A stretch of 64,000 nucleotides of DNA from Spirochaetaceae bacterium (GTDB lineage: Bacteria; Spirochaetota; Spirochaetia; DSM-27196; PWMO01), in the NCBI GenBank assembly GCA_007693485.1, contig REDM01000178.1:7092-71091 (forward strand), read 5' to 3'. The notes under the pieces were generated by a model, which did no database searches, was not told the DNA's origin, and saw nothing but the letters and a program-made list of their open reading frames with translations. Made by a program: the position numbers and the translations under genes. Positions 9,578 through 19,760 of this stretch are shown piece by piece (the stretch's first letter is position 1; every line of letters starts with the position of its first letter).

Positions 9578-10921
9578 TTACATGTTGCTGAAGATCTGGA
9601 ATCCGGCGTACGACTCCATACCGTGTTCACCGATGTCGAGACCGATGAGTTCCTCGGTTTCCGTTACGCGCAGCTTACCAGCAGCCTTCAGAATGCTGAA
9701 CAGGATGAGCGTGGTAACCACAACCCAGGCAAACACCGCGACAACACCTACAAACTGTACACCGAGCTGGCCGATTCCGCCACCGTAAAAGAGCCCAACT
9801 ACGTCCGGATCGTTTACACCGGTTGCGAAGAGGCCAACCGCCAGAGTACCCCAGACACCGCAGATACCGTGGACGGAGATCGCACCAACGGGATCGTCAA
9901 TGTGGAACACCTTGTCGAAGAGCTCTACCGAACCCACAACGATGATACCGGCAATGAGACCCACGATGACCGACCCAAAGGGGCTGATGACCCAGGTTCC
10001 CGCCGTAATGCCAACCAAGCCTGCCAGCGCACCGTTGAGCGAGAAGCTCGGATCCGGCTTTCCAAACGCAAACCATGAGGTGAACATGGCCGCCACGGCA
10101 CCCGCTGATGCGCCAAGGGTGGTGGTCACAAAGACGTGAGCGATGTCAAGGTCGGTTCCCGACAGGGTGCTTCCCCCGTTAAACCCATACCAGCCAAACC
10201 AGAGGATGAAGACGCCCAACGCGGCCAACGGCATATTGTGTCCGGGGATCGCCTTGGGAACAATCTTGCCGTCCACCTTGACGTACTTGCCCTTGCGGGG
10301 TCCCAGAATGATCGCACCAACCATGGCCGCCCACGCACCAACGCTGTGCACGACGGTGCTTCCGGCAAAGTCATGGAAACCCATGCCGCCCAACCAGCCG
10401 TCGTCACTCCAGATCCAGTGTCCCGAGATCGGATAAATGATCGCGCTGATAATCACGCTGTAGATCAGATAGCCGGTGAACTGAGTCCGTTCAGCCATCG
10501 CTCCAGAGACAATGGTCGCAGCGGTTGCGGCGAAGACCACCTGGAAAAACCAGTCCCGGTAGATCTCGTAGTCGGCACCGGCCAGGAAGAACTCGTCGGT
10601 TCCAAGAAATCCACCTGCAGACGCTCCGTACATGAGCGCCCAGCCGATGGCCCAGTACGCAAGCGCGCCCGCCGAGAAGTCCATCAGGTTCTTCATGATG
10701 ATGTTACCCGCGTTTTTTGCACGGGTAAGACCGGTCTCCACCATCGCGAAACCCGCCTGCATGAAGAACACCAAGGCACCTGCCAGCACAAGCCAGATCA
10801 TGTCGAACGAGCTCTGATAGAGGTCCAACAGTTCGGCTGTGGCGGCATCCTGTGCGTACAGAGCAGTCCCACTAAGGAGCATGACAGCTGCAAAACACAG
10901 GAGAAGGATCTTTTTGTTCAT
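9578..10921 (-). CDS. amtB: ammonium transporter
   Basis: FFMQAGFAMVETG, DFAGSTVVH, LWFGWYGFNGGS, IDDPVGAISVHG motifs. Confidence 0.96.
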   Translation of the reverse strand: MNKKILLLCFAAVMLLSGTALYAQDAATAELLDLYQSSFDMIWLVLAGALVFFMQAGFAMVETGLTRAKNAGNIIMKNLMDFSAGALAYWAIGWALMYGASAGGFLGTDEFFLAGADYEIYRDWFFQVVFAATAATIVSGAMAERTQFTGYLIYSVIISAIIYPISGHWIWSDDGWLGGMGFHDFAGSTVVHSVGAWAAMVGAIILGPRKGKYVKVDGKIVPKAIPGHNMPLAALGVFILWFGWYGFNGGSTLSGTDLDIAHVFVTTTLGASAGAVAAMFTSWFAFGKPDPSFSLNGALAGLVGITAGTWVISPFGSVIVGLIAGIIVVGSVELFDKVFHIDDPVGAISVHGICGVWGTLAVGLFATGVNDPDVVGLFYGGGIGQLGVQFVGVVAVFAWVVVTTLILFSILKAAGKLRVTETEELIGLDIGEHGMESYAGFQIFSNM

Positions 10922-10965
10922 CGTAGAAGCCCTCCTAAAAGAATTGGTTACTCTGGCTGTCAGTT

Positions 10966-10982
10966 AGCAAAACACATACCAA
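10966..10982 (-). promoter_or_regulatory. sigma54 (-24/-12) promoter of amtB-glnK
   Basis: Minus strand reads TTGGTATGTGTTTTGCT, an exact GG-N10-GC, about 45 nt upstream of the amtB ATG. Confidence 0.75.
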
Positions 10983-11108
10983 CAAAATGGTTTGAGGAGA
11001 GAAAAATTTAAACCAATGTGGGGGAGTGATTTATCTATAACACCATGTGGAGAGCGATGAAAGCGGGAAGGCCATTCTCGTCCTCCGTGCTGAAAGAAGC
11101 AACGAGAA

Positions 11109-11124
11109 TGTAGTAAAAAAGACG
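11109..11124. promoter_or_regulatory. candidate NifA-type upstream activator site (TGT-N10-ACG)
   Basis: TGTAGTAAAAAAGACG, one mismatch to TGT-N10-ACA, about 130 bp upstream of the -24 element. Confidence 0.4.
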
Positions 11125-11169
11125 AAACAAAACAGAAATGTCAGTTGGCGGTGGGGGAGCGTCGGGATC

Positions 11170-12735
11170 TCAGCGGCCGGCCCGGAAGGCGCGCGGGTCC
11201 ACGCCGTGCTTCTGCACGCGCAGTCCCATGATTCGCTCGCTGACCTTCAACAGACGGGCTGCCTTGGCCATATTCCCTTTGGTGGATTTGAGTGAATCCA
11301 TCAGGAGTTCGCGCTCGAGGTTGTCGAGGGATTCCTGCAGCGAGCCCGATACGCGGGTGTCGGTTGACTCTGCGGATTGAAGAGACGGTGGAAGGTGATG
11401 GCTGTGAATCACCTCGTCGACGCTGAGCAGAACCGCACGTTCGATGCAGTTCTCCAGTTCGCGAACATTTCCCGGCCAGTGGTAGTTGACCAGGAGATCG
11501 ATCGCCGGCGTAGATATCCGGCGGATCTCGGTGTGGTTTGCTTCGCTGTACTTTCCCACGAAGTGGTCGGCAAGCAGCAGGACGTCGCTCTTTCGTTCGC
11601 GAAGCGGTGGAATCAGGATCGGGAAAACGTTCAGGCGGTAATAGAGGTCTTCGCGGAACTGTTCGGTCTCCATGAGCCGCTCGAGGTTGCGGTTGGTCGC
11701 CGTAATGATTCGGACGTTCGCCCGGATGGTTTCGTTGCCTCCAACGCGCTCGAACTCCTTCTCCTGGAGAACCCGCAGCAGTTTCACCTGGAGCGTGGGC
11801 GAAAGATCGCCGATCTCATCGAGAAAGATCGTACCGCCGTTGGCCAGCTCAAAACGCCCTTTGCGCATGCTGATGGCACCGGTGAATGAACCCTTCTCGT
11901 GTCCGAAGAGTTCGCTCTCTATCACCGTCTCGGGCAGCGCGGCGCAGTTCACTTTAATGAAGGGTCGGGCGGCGCGTGGGCTGTTGTAGTGGATCGCCTG
12001 CGCTACCAGCTCCTTTCCCGTGCCGCTCTCTCCGCGGATCAGTACCGTCGCCTCGCTGCGCGAGACCTGCGCGATCATGTCGAAGACCGCCTGCATCGCC
12101 TTGGAATTCCCGATGATGTTGGACGGTTTGAACTTCTCGCGCAGCTCTTCGTGGAGACGGGTGTTCTCCTCTTGCAGGCGCCGTTTCTCTTCCATAATGT
12201 TCTGTCGGATCTTCACCGCCTGTGCGACAAGCGAACAGACCACCGTAAGCAGCCGGGCATCCTCTTCGAGTTGTTCCCCCGGCGCCATCGGCCGGTCAAC
12301 GCTCAGGGCTCCGATGGTTTCGTTTCCGATTTTGATTGGAATACAGAGAAACGAGATCTCTTTCTGTTTCACACCCTTGCGAGCGCCGGTTTTGTTCAGA
12401 AAGGTGGGTTCGTCGGAGATGCGGGGAATGATCTTGAGCTTGCCACTCTGTACCACGGTTCCGGTGACGCCTTCTCCCAGGACGTAGCGGCCTCGCTCGC
12501 GCTGACTGTTGGAGAGTCCGTACGCGGCCTCGATAAAGATTTCGCCGGTCTGCCGGTTCAGCAGGGTGATTGCGCCGCGCACCATCCCGAGGTGGTCGGT
12601 TACCGCCTTGAGCACCGGGTGAATTACCAGTTTCAGGTCCATGCTCTGGTCGAGAATCTGGCTTATCTCGAACAGGAGTGAGAGTTCTTCAAATTTTCCC
12701 CGGTATGAAAGTGGAGCGGTTTGCTCTGAGACCAC
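11170..12735 (-). CDS. NifA-like sigma54-dependent activator (GAF-AAA+-HTH)
   Basis: GAF domain ([22 protein letters not shown]), [33 protein letters not shown] and a Fis HTH. GTG start after GAGGAGG. Confidence 0.88.
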   Translation of the reverse strand: MVSEQTAPLSYRGKFEELSLLFEISQILDQSMDLKLVIHPVLKAVTDHLGMVRGAITLLNRQTGEIFIEAAYGLSNSQRERGRYVLGEGVTGTVVQSGKLKIIPRISDEPTFLNKTGARKGVKQKEISFLCIPIKIGNETIGALSVDRPMAPGEQLEEDARLLTVVCSLVAQAVKIRQNIMEEKRRLQEENTRLHEELREKFKPSNIIGNSKAMQAVFDMIAQVSRSEATVLIRGESGTGKELVAQAIHYNSPRAARPFIKVNCAALPETVIESELFGHEKGSFTGAISMRKGRFELANGGTIFLDEIGDLSPTLQVKLLRVLQEKEFERVGGNETIRANVRIITATNRNLERLMETEQFREDLYYRLNVFPILIPPLRERKSDVLLLADHFVGKYSEANHTEIRRISTPAIDLLVNYHWPGNVRELENCIERAVLLSVDEVIHSHHLPPSLQSAESTDTRVSGSLQESLDNLERELLMDSLKSTKGNMAKAARLLKVSERIMGLRVQKHGVDPRAFRAGR

Positions 12736-12856
12736 AGATTTGCCTCCTCGGACATGCAACGCTACCATAATGTAAGAAAGAACTCAACAGAGGTCCATCG
12801 GCTGTTCTCTGTTTTCTCCGTATTTGGTAGACTGACCGCCACCAACGGGAGGCTTC

Positions 12857-13585
12857 ATGCGGCTGTTTCTGGATTTTGACGGAGTTGTCTGTGACTCGGT
12901 GGGCGAAGCGCAGGTCGCCTCGCATCGCGCCTACTGCCAGAAGGTGCTCGGCAGCAGCGCAGATGAGCTCTCGGAGGACGACCGCGCACGGTTCATCTCG
13001 TACCGGCCCTTCATACGCAACGGCGAGGACTTCGTGCTGCTGCAGCAGCTGATCCGGGAAGGTATTCAACTTTCCAGCCAGGCCGACTTTGACCGTGAGC
13101 TGCTGCGCGCGGGAGCCGCGACGATGCAGCGCTATCGCGACGCGATCTACTCCGTGCGTGAACAGATGCTCGCTGAAGATCGCGCCGGCTGGCTCGCGCT
13201 CAACCGCATCTATCCGCACGTTCGCGCGGTCATCGATCGACCGGCTGGCGATGATCGCTGTTTCATTCTCTCCACCAAGAAGGCGCAGTACATCAACGAG
13301 ATCCTGAACGGGGAGGGCGTCCGCTGGCCGGCAACGCGCATCATCAGTACCGAGGGTCGCGAAAAAGTGACGCTGATTGAACAAACTGCGGGCGGCGACA
13401 ACGAGATCCACTTTGTGGAAGACCAGCCCGACCACTTTCCCTCACCCGGTGAGAGGCCGGCCGCGCTACACTGCGTACTCGCAACCTGGGGATACATCCA
13501 GCCTCAGTGGCTGGAGTCTTCGGCGTACACCACCATCGGACCGCAGGAGTTTGCGGATTTTCTTGATCGACTGTTGTCCCGATAG
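12857..13585 (+). CDS. HAD-superfamily hydrolase
   Basis: FLDFDGVVCDS motif I, ILSTK, HFVED and LATWGY motifs. Confidence 0.8.
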   Translation: MRLFLDFDGVVCDSVGEAQVASHRAYCQKVLGSSADELSEDDRARFISYRPFIRNGEDFVLLQQLIREGIQLSSQADFDRELLRAGAATMQRYRDAIYSVREQMLAEDRAGWLALNRIYPHVRAVIDRPAGDDRCFILSTKKAQYINEILNGEGVRWPATRIISTEGREKVTLIEQTAGGDNEIHFVEDQPDHFPSPGERPAALHCVLATWGYIQPQWLESSAYTTIGPQEFADFLDRLLSR

Positions 13586-13591
13586 CGGAGC

Positions 13592-14050
13592 TCAGGGCGT
13601 GTCGTCGTCAGGCTGAAGCAGTGAGGCGATCTCTTCGTGCGACACCAGTTCGCCGTCGTCGGAATCGTCCTCGTCTCCGCGCGACAGCAGCGCTTCGATG
13701 TCGGCGCAGTCGTCCCGGTGCTCGATCCGGATCGCGCGCAGGCGCCCACTCGACGGAGAGAGCGCCTCGTGAAGCGGCGACTCCGGCTGCAGACAGGTAT
13801 CGATGGTCTCCACCAGGGCGTGTTTGGCCCTCAGAACGCTTCGAAGATACTCCATGCGTCGCAGCAGCCGATCGCTTTCGCGCAGACGGCGAAAGAGCGC
13901 CTGAATGGTCCCGTCAATGAAATCGATGTCTTCGACCAGCTTCCCGGCAAACAGATCGGGGTCGAGGTCCAGGCGGACCGCGGATCCGAGGGTTTTGATC
14001 ATCAGTTGCACGAGGTAGAGGTCGTCGTCGTAATGTATCTGTATCGCCAT
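13592..14050 (-). CDS. hypothetical helical protein with acidic C-terminus
   Basis: Protein-like ORF starting MAIQIHYDDD that fills the gap between flanking genes. Confidence 0.65.
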   Translation of the reverse strand: MAIQIHYDDDLYLVQLMIKTLGSAVRLDLDPDLFAGKLVEDIDFIDGTIQALFRRLRESDRLLRRMEYLRSVLRAKHALVETIDTCLQPESPLHEALSPSSGRLRAIRIEHRDDCADIEALLSRGDEDDSDDGELVSHEEIASLLQPDDDTP

Positions 14051-14085
14051 GGCTCTTTCTATTTTCGGTCCCGCACCCCGCCGAC

Positions 14086-14114
14086 TTGACATCACCGAAG
14101 CTGCGTGGTAGCTT
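14086..14114 (+). promoter_or_regulatory. sigma70 promoter of the rpsF operon
   Basis: TTGACA-N17-TAGCTT with an extended TG. Confidence 0.65.
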
Positions 14115-14120
14115 TGCCGA

Positions 14121-14187
14121 ACCTCTTTACCATCGGCGACAAAACAACATACCAATGCCGATGGTCATTTGTCCGCAAGGAGGAACA
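14121..14187 (+). promoter_or_regulatory. S6:S18-binding leader RNA (candidate)
   Basis: 9-bp stem ACCATCGGC/GCCGATGGT, unpaired CCG at 14173-14175, and CCTCTT able to pair with the SD AAGGAGG. Confidence 0.6.
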
Positions 14188-14472
14188 ATGACAAGAAGGT
14201 ACGAGGCAGTGTGCGTCCTCCGTCCAGAGGAAGACGCGTTCACCAAGGGGAAGGAACAGGTCAGAAGCGAGCTCACCGAGCTCGGGGCAACCTTTGTCAA
14301 AGAACATGACATGGGGCTGCGCACCTTCGCCTATCCGATCAAGAAGCTGAACCAGGGCCACTACTTCATCTTTGAAGTAGACATGGAGCCCGAAAAGGCC
14401 CACCAAACCGAAACCGCGCTGAAACACAAAGAAGACCTGCTTCGGTTTCTGATGGTTCGCCAGGAGGCGTGA
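14188..14472 (+). CDS. rpsF: 30S ribosomal protein S6
   Basis: RRYEAVCVLRP, GLRTFAYPIKK and LLRFLMVR motifs. Confidence 0.95.
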   Translation: MTRRYEAVCVLRPEEDAFTKGKEQVRSELTELGATFVKEHDMGLRTFAYPIKKLNQGHYFIFEVDMEPEKAHQTETALKHKEDLLRFLMVRQEA

Positions 14473-14473
14473 G

Positions 14474-14917
14474 ATGCGAGACATCAATCACGTAACCCTG
14501 GTGGGCCGGCTGACCCGTGACGCGGAATTGCGCTACACCAACAGCGGCTTGCAGATCTGCACGTTTTCCATTGCGGTGAACGGCAGCAAGAAGTCGGGAG
14601 ATACGTGGGTTGATGAGGCAAACTTCTTTGACTGCGTGATGATGGGTCGGATGGCCGAGGCGATTCACAAGTTCATGAAGAAGGGCAAGCAGGTCGGGGT
14701 AGACGGCGAATTGCGCCAGAATCGCTGGGAGCAGGACGGGCAGAAGCGCAGCAAGGTTGAAGTGTTTGCGCAGTTTGTTCAGCTGCTTGGCGGCGGTGGT
14801 GGTGGTGGTTCGGGATCGCCGGCCGGTGACCGTGGTGGGTTCTCTGAATCCAGCGGTGGTGGCTACGACGGTCCGGCGGGTCAGCCGGACAGCTTTGAAG
14901 ACGACGTTCCATTCTGA
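14474..14917 (+). CDS. ssb: single-stranded DNA-binding protein
   Basis: [18 protein letters not shown], Gly-rich linker, C-terminal DDVPF. Confidence 0.97.
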   Translation: MRDINHVTLVGRLTRDAELRYTNSGLQICTFSIAVNGSKKSGDTWVDEANFFDCVMMGRMAEAIHKFMKKGKQVGVDGELRQNRWEQDGQKRSKVEVFAQFVQLLGGGGGGGSGSPAGDRGGFSESSGGGYDGPAGQPDSFEDDVPF

Positions 14918-14933
14918 GGAGTACACGAAAACA

Positions 14934-15314
14934 ATGTCTGACGGAGATACAAGAACAGAGAATCGAGACGGCGGATACGAATCGCGCCGCCCGATGAGAG
15001 ACGATCGGGGGGGATCCCGCGATGGCCGCGACGGCAGAGATGGTCGCGACGGGAGAGACGGCCGTGACGGTGGTCGCGGAGACGACCGGGGCTTCCGTCC
15101 TCGGGGCAAGGTCTACTTCCGCAAGAAGATTGACAAGATCAAGGCGCAGAATCTGGTTATCGATTATAAGCACCCGGAGGTGCTGCGTCGATTTGTAACC
15201 GAAAAGGGAAAGATTCTCCCCCGACGCATCACCGGCACATCCGCCAAGAACCAGCGACGACTGATTCGCGAAATCAAGCGCGCCCGTGTTCTTGGGCTCT
15301 TGCCGATGGGTTGA
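14934..15314 (+). CDS. rpsR: 30S ribosomal protein S18 with N-terminal (RDG)n extension
   Basis: [26 protein letters not shown]...[11 protein letters not shown]. Confidence 0.95.
   Translation: MSDGDTRTENRDGGYESRRPMRDDRGGSRDGRDGRDGRDGRDGRDGGRGDDRGFRPRGKVYFRKKIDKIKAQNLVIDYKHPEVLRRFVTEKGKILPRRITGTSAKNQRRLIREIKRARVLGLLPMG
15018..15071 (+). repeat. coding tripeptide repeat (RDG)x6 with varied codons
   Basis: cgc gat ggc cgc gac ggc aga gat ggt cgc gac ggg aga gac ggc cgt gac ggt. Confidence 0.85.
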
Positions 15315-15333
15315 GGAAGGACAGGAAACACCG

Positions 15334-15987
15334 ATGAAAGTAATTCTCAATTGTGACGTACCGAATCTTGGAGAGGAGGGCGACATCTGTGAAGTCGCTC
15401 GTGGCTACGCGAGGAACTTCCTGATTCCCCGAAACATGGTGCTGATGCACAATCGGCAGAACAGCGCGTTGATTGAGGGCCGCCGGGCGGCGATCGAGCA
15501 GCGGAAGGTCGAAAAGCGCAAGCAGGCCTCCTCCATGAAAGAGCAGATCGAGTCCGAGCCACTGGTATTCACGATGGCCGCCGGAGATCGCGGCAAGCTG
15601 TTTGGATCGGTCACTACCGCGACCATCGTTGACGAGCTCGACAAGCGCGGTATCAGCGTCGAACGGCGCAAAGTCGACATCCCCGATGGAACAATCAAGA
15701 GCGTGGGAACGCACAGCGTGCGGGTGCGCCTGTACGGCGAAGAAGAGGCCGAACTGACCGTTCGCGTTGAGACCGAGGCGGTGGAAACGGCATCAAAGAA
15801 TGCAGCGGCAGCCGCTGCTGCACCCGCTCCCGCGGCGCCACCGGTCGAGTCGACACCAGTCGAGTCGGTAACCGAAGAACCGGAAACCGGCATGGCGGAA
15901 ACTGAAAAGGCCGAACCTGACATGGCGGAAGCGACGTCCGAGGAATCGGACGCAACCGAAGAGTCAAGCGAGCAACCGTCCCTCTGA
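15334..15987 (+). CDS. rplI: 50S ribosomal protein L9 with long Ala/Pro/Glu-rich tail
   Basis: MKVIL..DVPNLG..G...EVARGYARNFLIP and GKLFGSVT. Confidence 0.95.
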   Translation: MKVILNCDVPNLGEEGDICEVARGYARNFLIPRNMVLMHNRQNSALIEGRRAAIEQRKVEKRKQASSMKEQIESEPLVFTMAAGDRGKLFGSVTTATIVDELDKRGISVERRKVDIPDGTIKSVGTHSVRVRLYGEEEAELTVRVETEAVETASKNAAAAAAAPAPAAPPVESTPVESVTEEPETGMAETEKAEPDMAEATSEESDATEESSEQPSL

Positions 15988-16010
15988 CCGTGGCTGGCTG
16001 AGGGAGTGTC

Positions 16011-17354
16011 GTGGCGTCGTCAGGAGGGCTGAAGGATCGGGTTCCTCCGCACAATCATGATGCGGAGATCGCGACCCTCGGGGCAATCCTGCTCGATGCA
16101 GACGCCCTCGGTCAGGTGCTGGGCCATCTTCGGCCAAGCGATTTTTACCGCAACGCACACGCACGTGTGTTCGAAGGAATCCTTGCGCTCTACGAGCGCG
16201 GGGAGGAAATCGACCTTATTACCCTTACGCAGGAACTGCGTAACCAGGGTGCCCTCGACAGCGTTGGGGGCGCCGGGTATATCTCCTCGCTCACCTCGAG
16301 CGTTCCAACCAGCGCGAACATAGAATACTACGCAAAGATTGTGCGCGCCGGCTCGGTACGGCGCCGGCTGCTCAAGATTGCCAATGAGATCATCGCCAAC
16401 GCGTACGATGACACGCAGGAAAGTCGACTGATTATCGAAGACGCCGAGAAGCGGATCTTCGACATCACCGACAGCGAACAGGAGGCGGGGTATCAGAAGG
16501 CAAAGGAGATTGTCGAAGAGACGGTAGAGGCAATCGAGCGACTCTACCAGACCAAAGACAGTTACACGGGCATCCCGTCGGGATTCCCCTCACTGGACAA
16601 TATGCTCAGCGGGTTTCAGAACTCGGAGTTCATCATCATTGGTGCGCGTCCTTCGGTGGGAAAAACCGCCCTCGCGCTCACCATGGCGGCGAACATATCC
16701 ATTCACCAGAAGATTGCCACGGGGTTCTTCACGCTGGAAATGTCCAAGCAGGCGCTGATGCAGCGGCTGCTTTCCTCGGAAGCGCGCATCGGCTCACAGA
16801 CGCTGCGTACCGGAATGCTGAAATCGTCGGACTTCAAGAACCTGACCGACGCGGCGGGACTGATCTATGAAGCGCCGCTGTGGATTGCGGACACGCCAAA
16901 CATGCGCCTCCTGGATCTGCGCGCCCAGGCGCGAAGGATGGTTTCGCTGAACGGAGTCCGCGTTCTCTTTGTCGACTATTTGACCCTGATTTCGTCGGAG
17001 AACCCGGAAATCCCCCGGCACGAGCAGATCGCGGAGATCTCGCGATCGCTGAAGGCGCTCGCGCGGGAGTTGGAGATTCCAATCATCGCGCTCTCACAGG
17101 TAACGCGGGACTCCGAGGGCAAGCGGCCCAATCTTGCCAACATTCGCGAATCCGGCGCCATCGAGCAGGATGCCGATGTGGTCATGTTCCTGCACCGGGA
17201 GCGGACCTCGGAGCGGGAAATGCACGAACAGGCGCAGGTGGTTGAGACCGAACTGATCGTGGCCAAGCAGCGCAACGGCCCCGTCGGGACGGTGAAGATT
17301 GCCTTCGTTCCGCGCTATACCAAATTCGAGTCACTGGCTGAAGAGCCGGGTTAG
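16011..17354 (+). CDS. dnaB: replicative DNA helicase
   Basis: VPPHN, GARPSVGKT, SRSLKALAREL and RESGAIEQDAD motifs. Confidence 0.97.
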   Translation: MASSGGLKDRVPPHNHDAEIATLGAILLDADALGQVLGHLRPSDFYRNAHARVFEGILALYERGEEIDLITLTQELRNQGALDSVGGAGYISSLTSSVPTSANIEYYAKIVRAGSVRRRLLKIANEIIANAYDDTQESRLIIEDAEKRIFDITDSEQEAGYQKAKEIVEETVEAIERLYQTKDSYTGIPSGFPSLDNMLSGFQNSEFIIIGARPSVGKTALALTMAANISIHQKIATGFFTLEMSKQALMQRLLSSEARIGSQTLRTGMLKSSDFKNLTDAAGLIYEAPLWIADTPNMRLLDLRAQARRMVSLNGVRVLFVDYLTLISSENPEIPRHEQIAEISRSLKALARELEIPIIALSQVTRDSEGKRPNLANIRESGAIEQDADVVMFLHRERTSEREMHEQAQVVETELIVAKQRNGPVGTVKIAFVPRYTKFESLAEEPG

Positions 17355-17365
17355 GGGAGGCAGAG

Positions 17366-17656
17366 ATGGCGTTTGGCGATGACTACGATTTCGAACTGCT
17401 GGTAAACGAAGCTGAGCACATGGTGGTTGAGGAACTGGAGCGACAGCTTGAGCAGCCGGAGAACCGGGATCTGCGCCGGTCGCACGACGCGGTGCTCGAT
17501 ATCGCCGCCTTTGCGCTCAACGCCGTGCCGGCATCCTACCGGGTGAACCTCATGGGTCGCCTTTACGCGGAGGAACTGGACCGAAAGCACGGCGAAACGG
17601 TGCGCACCGCGGTCGCGCGCGCGATCGAAGTCGTGCGGGCTAACCCTCCCGCGTAA
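17366..17656 (+). CDS. ComFB-family protein
   Basis: 96 aa with LVNEAEHMV...DIAAFALNAVPASY...AIEVVRANP, a pattern resembling ComFB. Confidence 0.7.
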   Translation: MAFGDDYDFELLVNEAEHMVVEELERQLEQPENRDLRRSHDAVLDIAAFALNAVPASYRVNLMGRLYAEELDRKHGETVRTAVARAIEVVRANPPA

Positions 17657-17661
17657 CCGTT

Positions 17662-19746
17662 TTATGCGTCGCGCGCCGTAGTAGGAAGAATCAGACGAAA
17701 GTCTTCCAGTGTCCGTCTGCGTCCCGTTCGTCCTGGAGCAGCGAGCAGCGAGAGATGCTGTTCGGCACGGGAATGACTCGCAAAATAGTAACCGTCGGTG
17801 GTCACGGCAACCCAGTTTCCATCCCGAAACAGATAGAACGTCAACAGTGGATCTCCGGAGCGCAGATCCCACACGCTCATGGTTCCATCGCGGTTGATTG
17901 AAAAGAGGTGGCGATTGGCTACGTACAGCGCCCGAGGAACGTGCGCCACCGCCGAGATTCGCGTCAAACGCCGCCCGTCCCACACGCTCACACCTTCCAT
18001 CCCGAGCGAACTGAATAACCGCCCAGTTGCAGGATCGAGCGAGAGTCGAGCGTCGAGATCCTCTCCGTCGTAGGTGGAAATCGTTCGCCGGTTCTCAAAG
18101 TTGGCGCCGCGGTGGACGGTAACGGTGGTGCGGACCACGGAGCCGGACTGCTGAAGGCCGAGTGTGTAGAGCACACCGCGCGCACGATCGTAGACAAGGT
18201 CAAAAATCAGGAAGTTATCGCTCTGGATTCGGACCGTTTCACCCGTGCGCGTATCAACCCGCATCAGTGCAGAGTCGAAAGGGTTCGCGCGATTCTTTCC
18301 TATGACGATGGTATCCCCAACGGCAACCAGCGCTTCCATGCCTTCACCCGTGTAGGTGAAGTCGGTGGAGCCGGTGTCCGGATCAATCCGGCGCAGAGTG
18401 GTCTGATCGTGGAGGACGATGAGTCTGCCGTCCGCCGAGACAACCTGTTTGGTGACGCGGGCTGAGTCAAGCGGAATGGTGGTCAACGCCGGAGCGACCG
18501 CAGCGTAGGTGGCGAGTTCGGGGTTCCGGCCGCTGGTGTCCCATACCACAACCCGCGACTCGTCGGAATCGGGTCCGGTAACCGCGGAGAGTCGTACCGT
18601 TCCCGGTTGCGGCATCCGGCGCGTAGTCACGTCGAGCGTCCGTACGCGGTTGACTGCGACGTCGGTCTCTCCGAAGAGGTCCGAACGCAGCGAGAGGATC
18701 TGCTGGGCGGTAGAGAGGTGGACCGTTCCCTCGGTAAACGCAAATCCGGTGACCGACTGAACCCGGTTCTCCGCGATCGTGCGGCCGCGACGGTCGGTCG
18801 ATTCGAAGGTCGTGATGGTTCCATCACCGGTTGCAACAAAGAGCGCGTCGCCATGAAGGGTAGCCTGAGTGAGGCCGGAGGGCAGGGTGGGAACGGTGCT
18901 CATGGCTCGAGAGAGTCGACCACGCTCGCTGACGCGGAAGCTGGCCATTTCGATCTGCCGCCCGGAGCGTGTCATGACCGCGACGTCTCCGTTCACCTGG
19001 TTTACCAGAATCCGCTCGATGCCGCTCATGGGAAAGCGGTCGCGAAGCGTGCCGTCCACGATATCCACGACAACGAGTTCATTATCCAGACGACCCACCG
19101 CGAACCGGCGGTTGGTATGGACCGAGAGCTGATCGATCTCGCGCGCAGTGGATATTGTCTGCACCTGACGGCCCGAGACTACCTCCCAATAGGTGATGAC
19201 ACCGTCGGATGGGGTGTAGGTCATGATTCGTTCTTCACTCGAAGCGACCGTGGCAAAGGTGACAATGCCCGATCCGCGCCGAAGATACGGCAGGGAGCGT
19301 CCGGTGGACGACGCGAGAAATCGCAAACTGTTGAACTCGTTCTGGGCAAACAGCAGGAAGGTGCCACGGGGAGAGTAGGTCAGGAAGATGGGCGCTTCGG
19401 GCAGCGTCTGGGTGAAGAGCCGTCGCTCCTGCTCCCAGTCCCACACCTCAAGGGTAAAGCGGCGGCGACCGTCGGTAACCAGAAGCGCAACCTGTGGGAG
19501 AGACGGATGGAGTGTGCCCTGGTGGATGGCGAGGCTCGAGATCTGGATCGAACGCTGCAGCTCGCCGGCAGAGTAATCCCATACCTTGAGCTTGCCGTCG
19601 TCGCCACCGGTCAGCAGCCGGCCGGTCCGGGCATCGTGCAGCAGGGTGCGAATCGCACCGGAGTGGCTGGTGTTTACCCGAATCTGTGCGGTTGCGCCGA
19701 TGGTCACTGCAACAAGCAGGACCACAATCAGGGAAGAACGTTTCAT
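17662..19746 (-). CDS. exported WD40/beta-propeller protein
   Basis: Signal peptide; SH...LLTGGDDGKLKVWD and SINRDGTMSVWD repeats. Confidence 0.8.
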   Translation of the reverse strand: MKRSSLIVVLLVAVTIGATAQIRVNTSHSGAIRTLLHDARTGRLLTGGDDGKLKVWDYSAGELQRSIQISSLAIHQGTLHPSLPQVALLVTDGRRRFTLEVWDWEQERRLFTQTLPEAPIFLTYSPRGTFLLFAQNEFNSLRFLASSTGRSLPYLRRGSGIVTFATVASSEERIMTYTPSDGVITYWEVVSGRQVQTISTAREIDQLSVHTNRRFAVGRLDNELVVVDIVDGTLRDRFPMSGIERILVNQVNGDVAVMTRSGRQIEMASFRVSERGRLSRAMSTVPTLPSGLTQATLHGDALFVATGDGTITTFESTDRRGRTIAENRVQSVTGFAFTEGTVHLSTAQQILSLRSDLFGETDVAVNRVRTLDVTTRRMPQPGTVRLSAVTGPDSDESRVVVWDTSGRNPELATYAAVAPALTTIPLDSARVTKQVVSADGRLIVLHDQTTLRRIDPDTGSTDFTYTGEGMEALVAVGDTIVIGKNRANPFDSALMRVDTRTGETVRIQSDNFLIFDLVYDRARGVLYTLGLQQSGSVVRTTVTVHRGANFENRRTISTYDGEDLDARLSLDPATGRLFSSLGMEGVSVWDGRRLTRISAVAHVPRALYVANRHLFSINRDGTMSVWDLRSGDPLLTFYLFRDGNWVAVTTDGYYFASHSRAEQHLSLLAAPGRTGRRRTLEDFRLILPTTARDA

Positions 19747-19760
19747 CTCCCTTGCCTCCG

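Noticed and set aside
11170-12735. Calling the activator nifA and inferring nitrogen fixation
   Set aside because: Architecture alone is insufficient, and no nitrogenase genes are visible.
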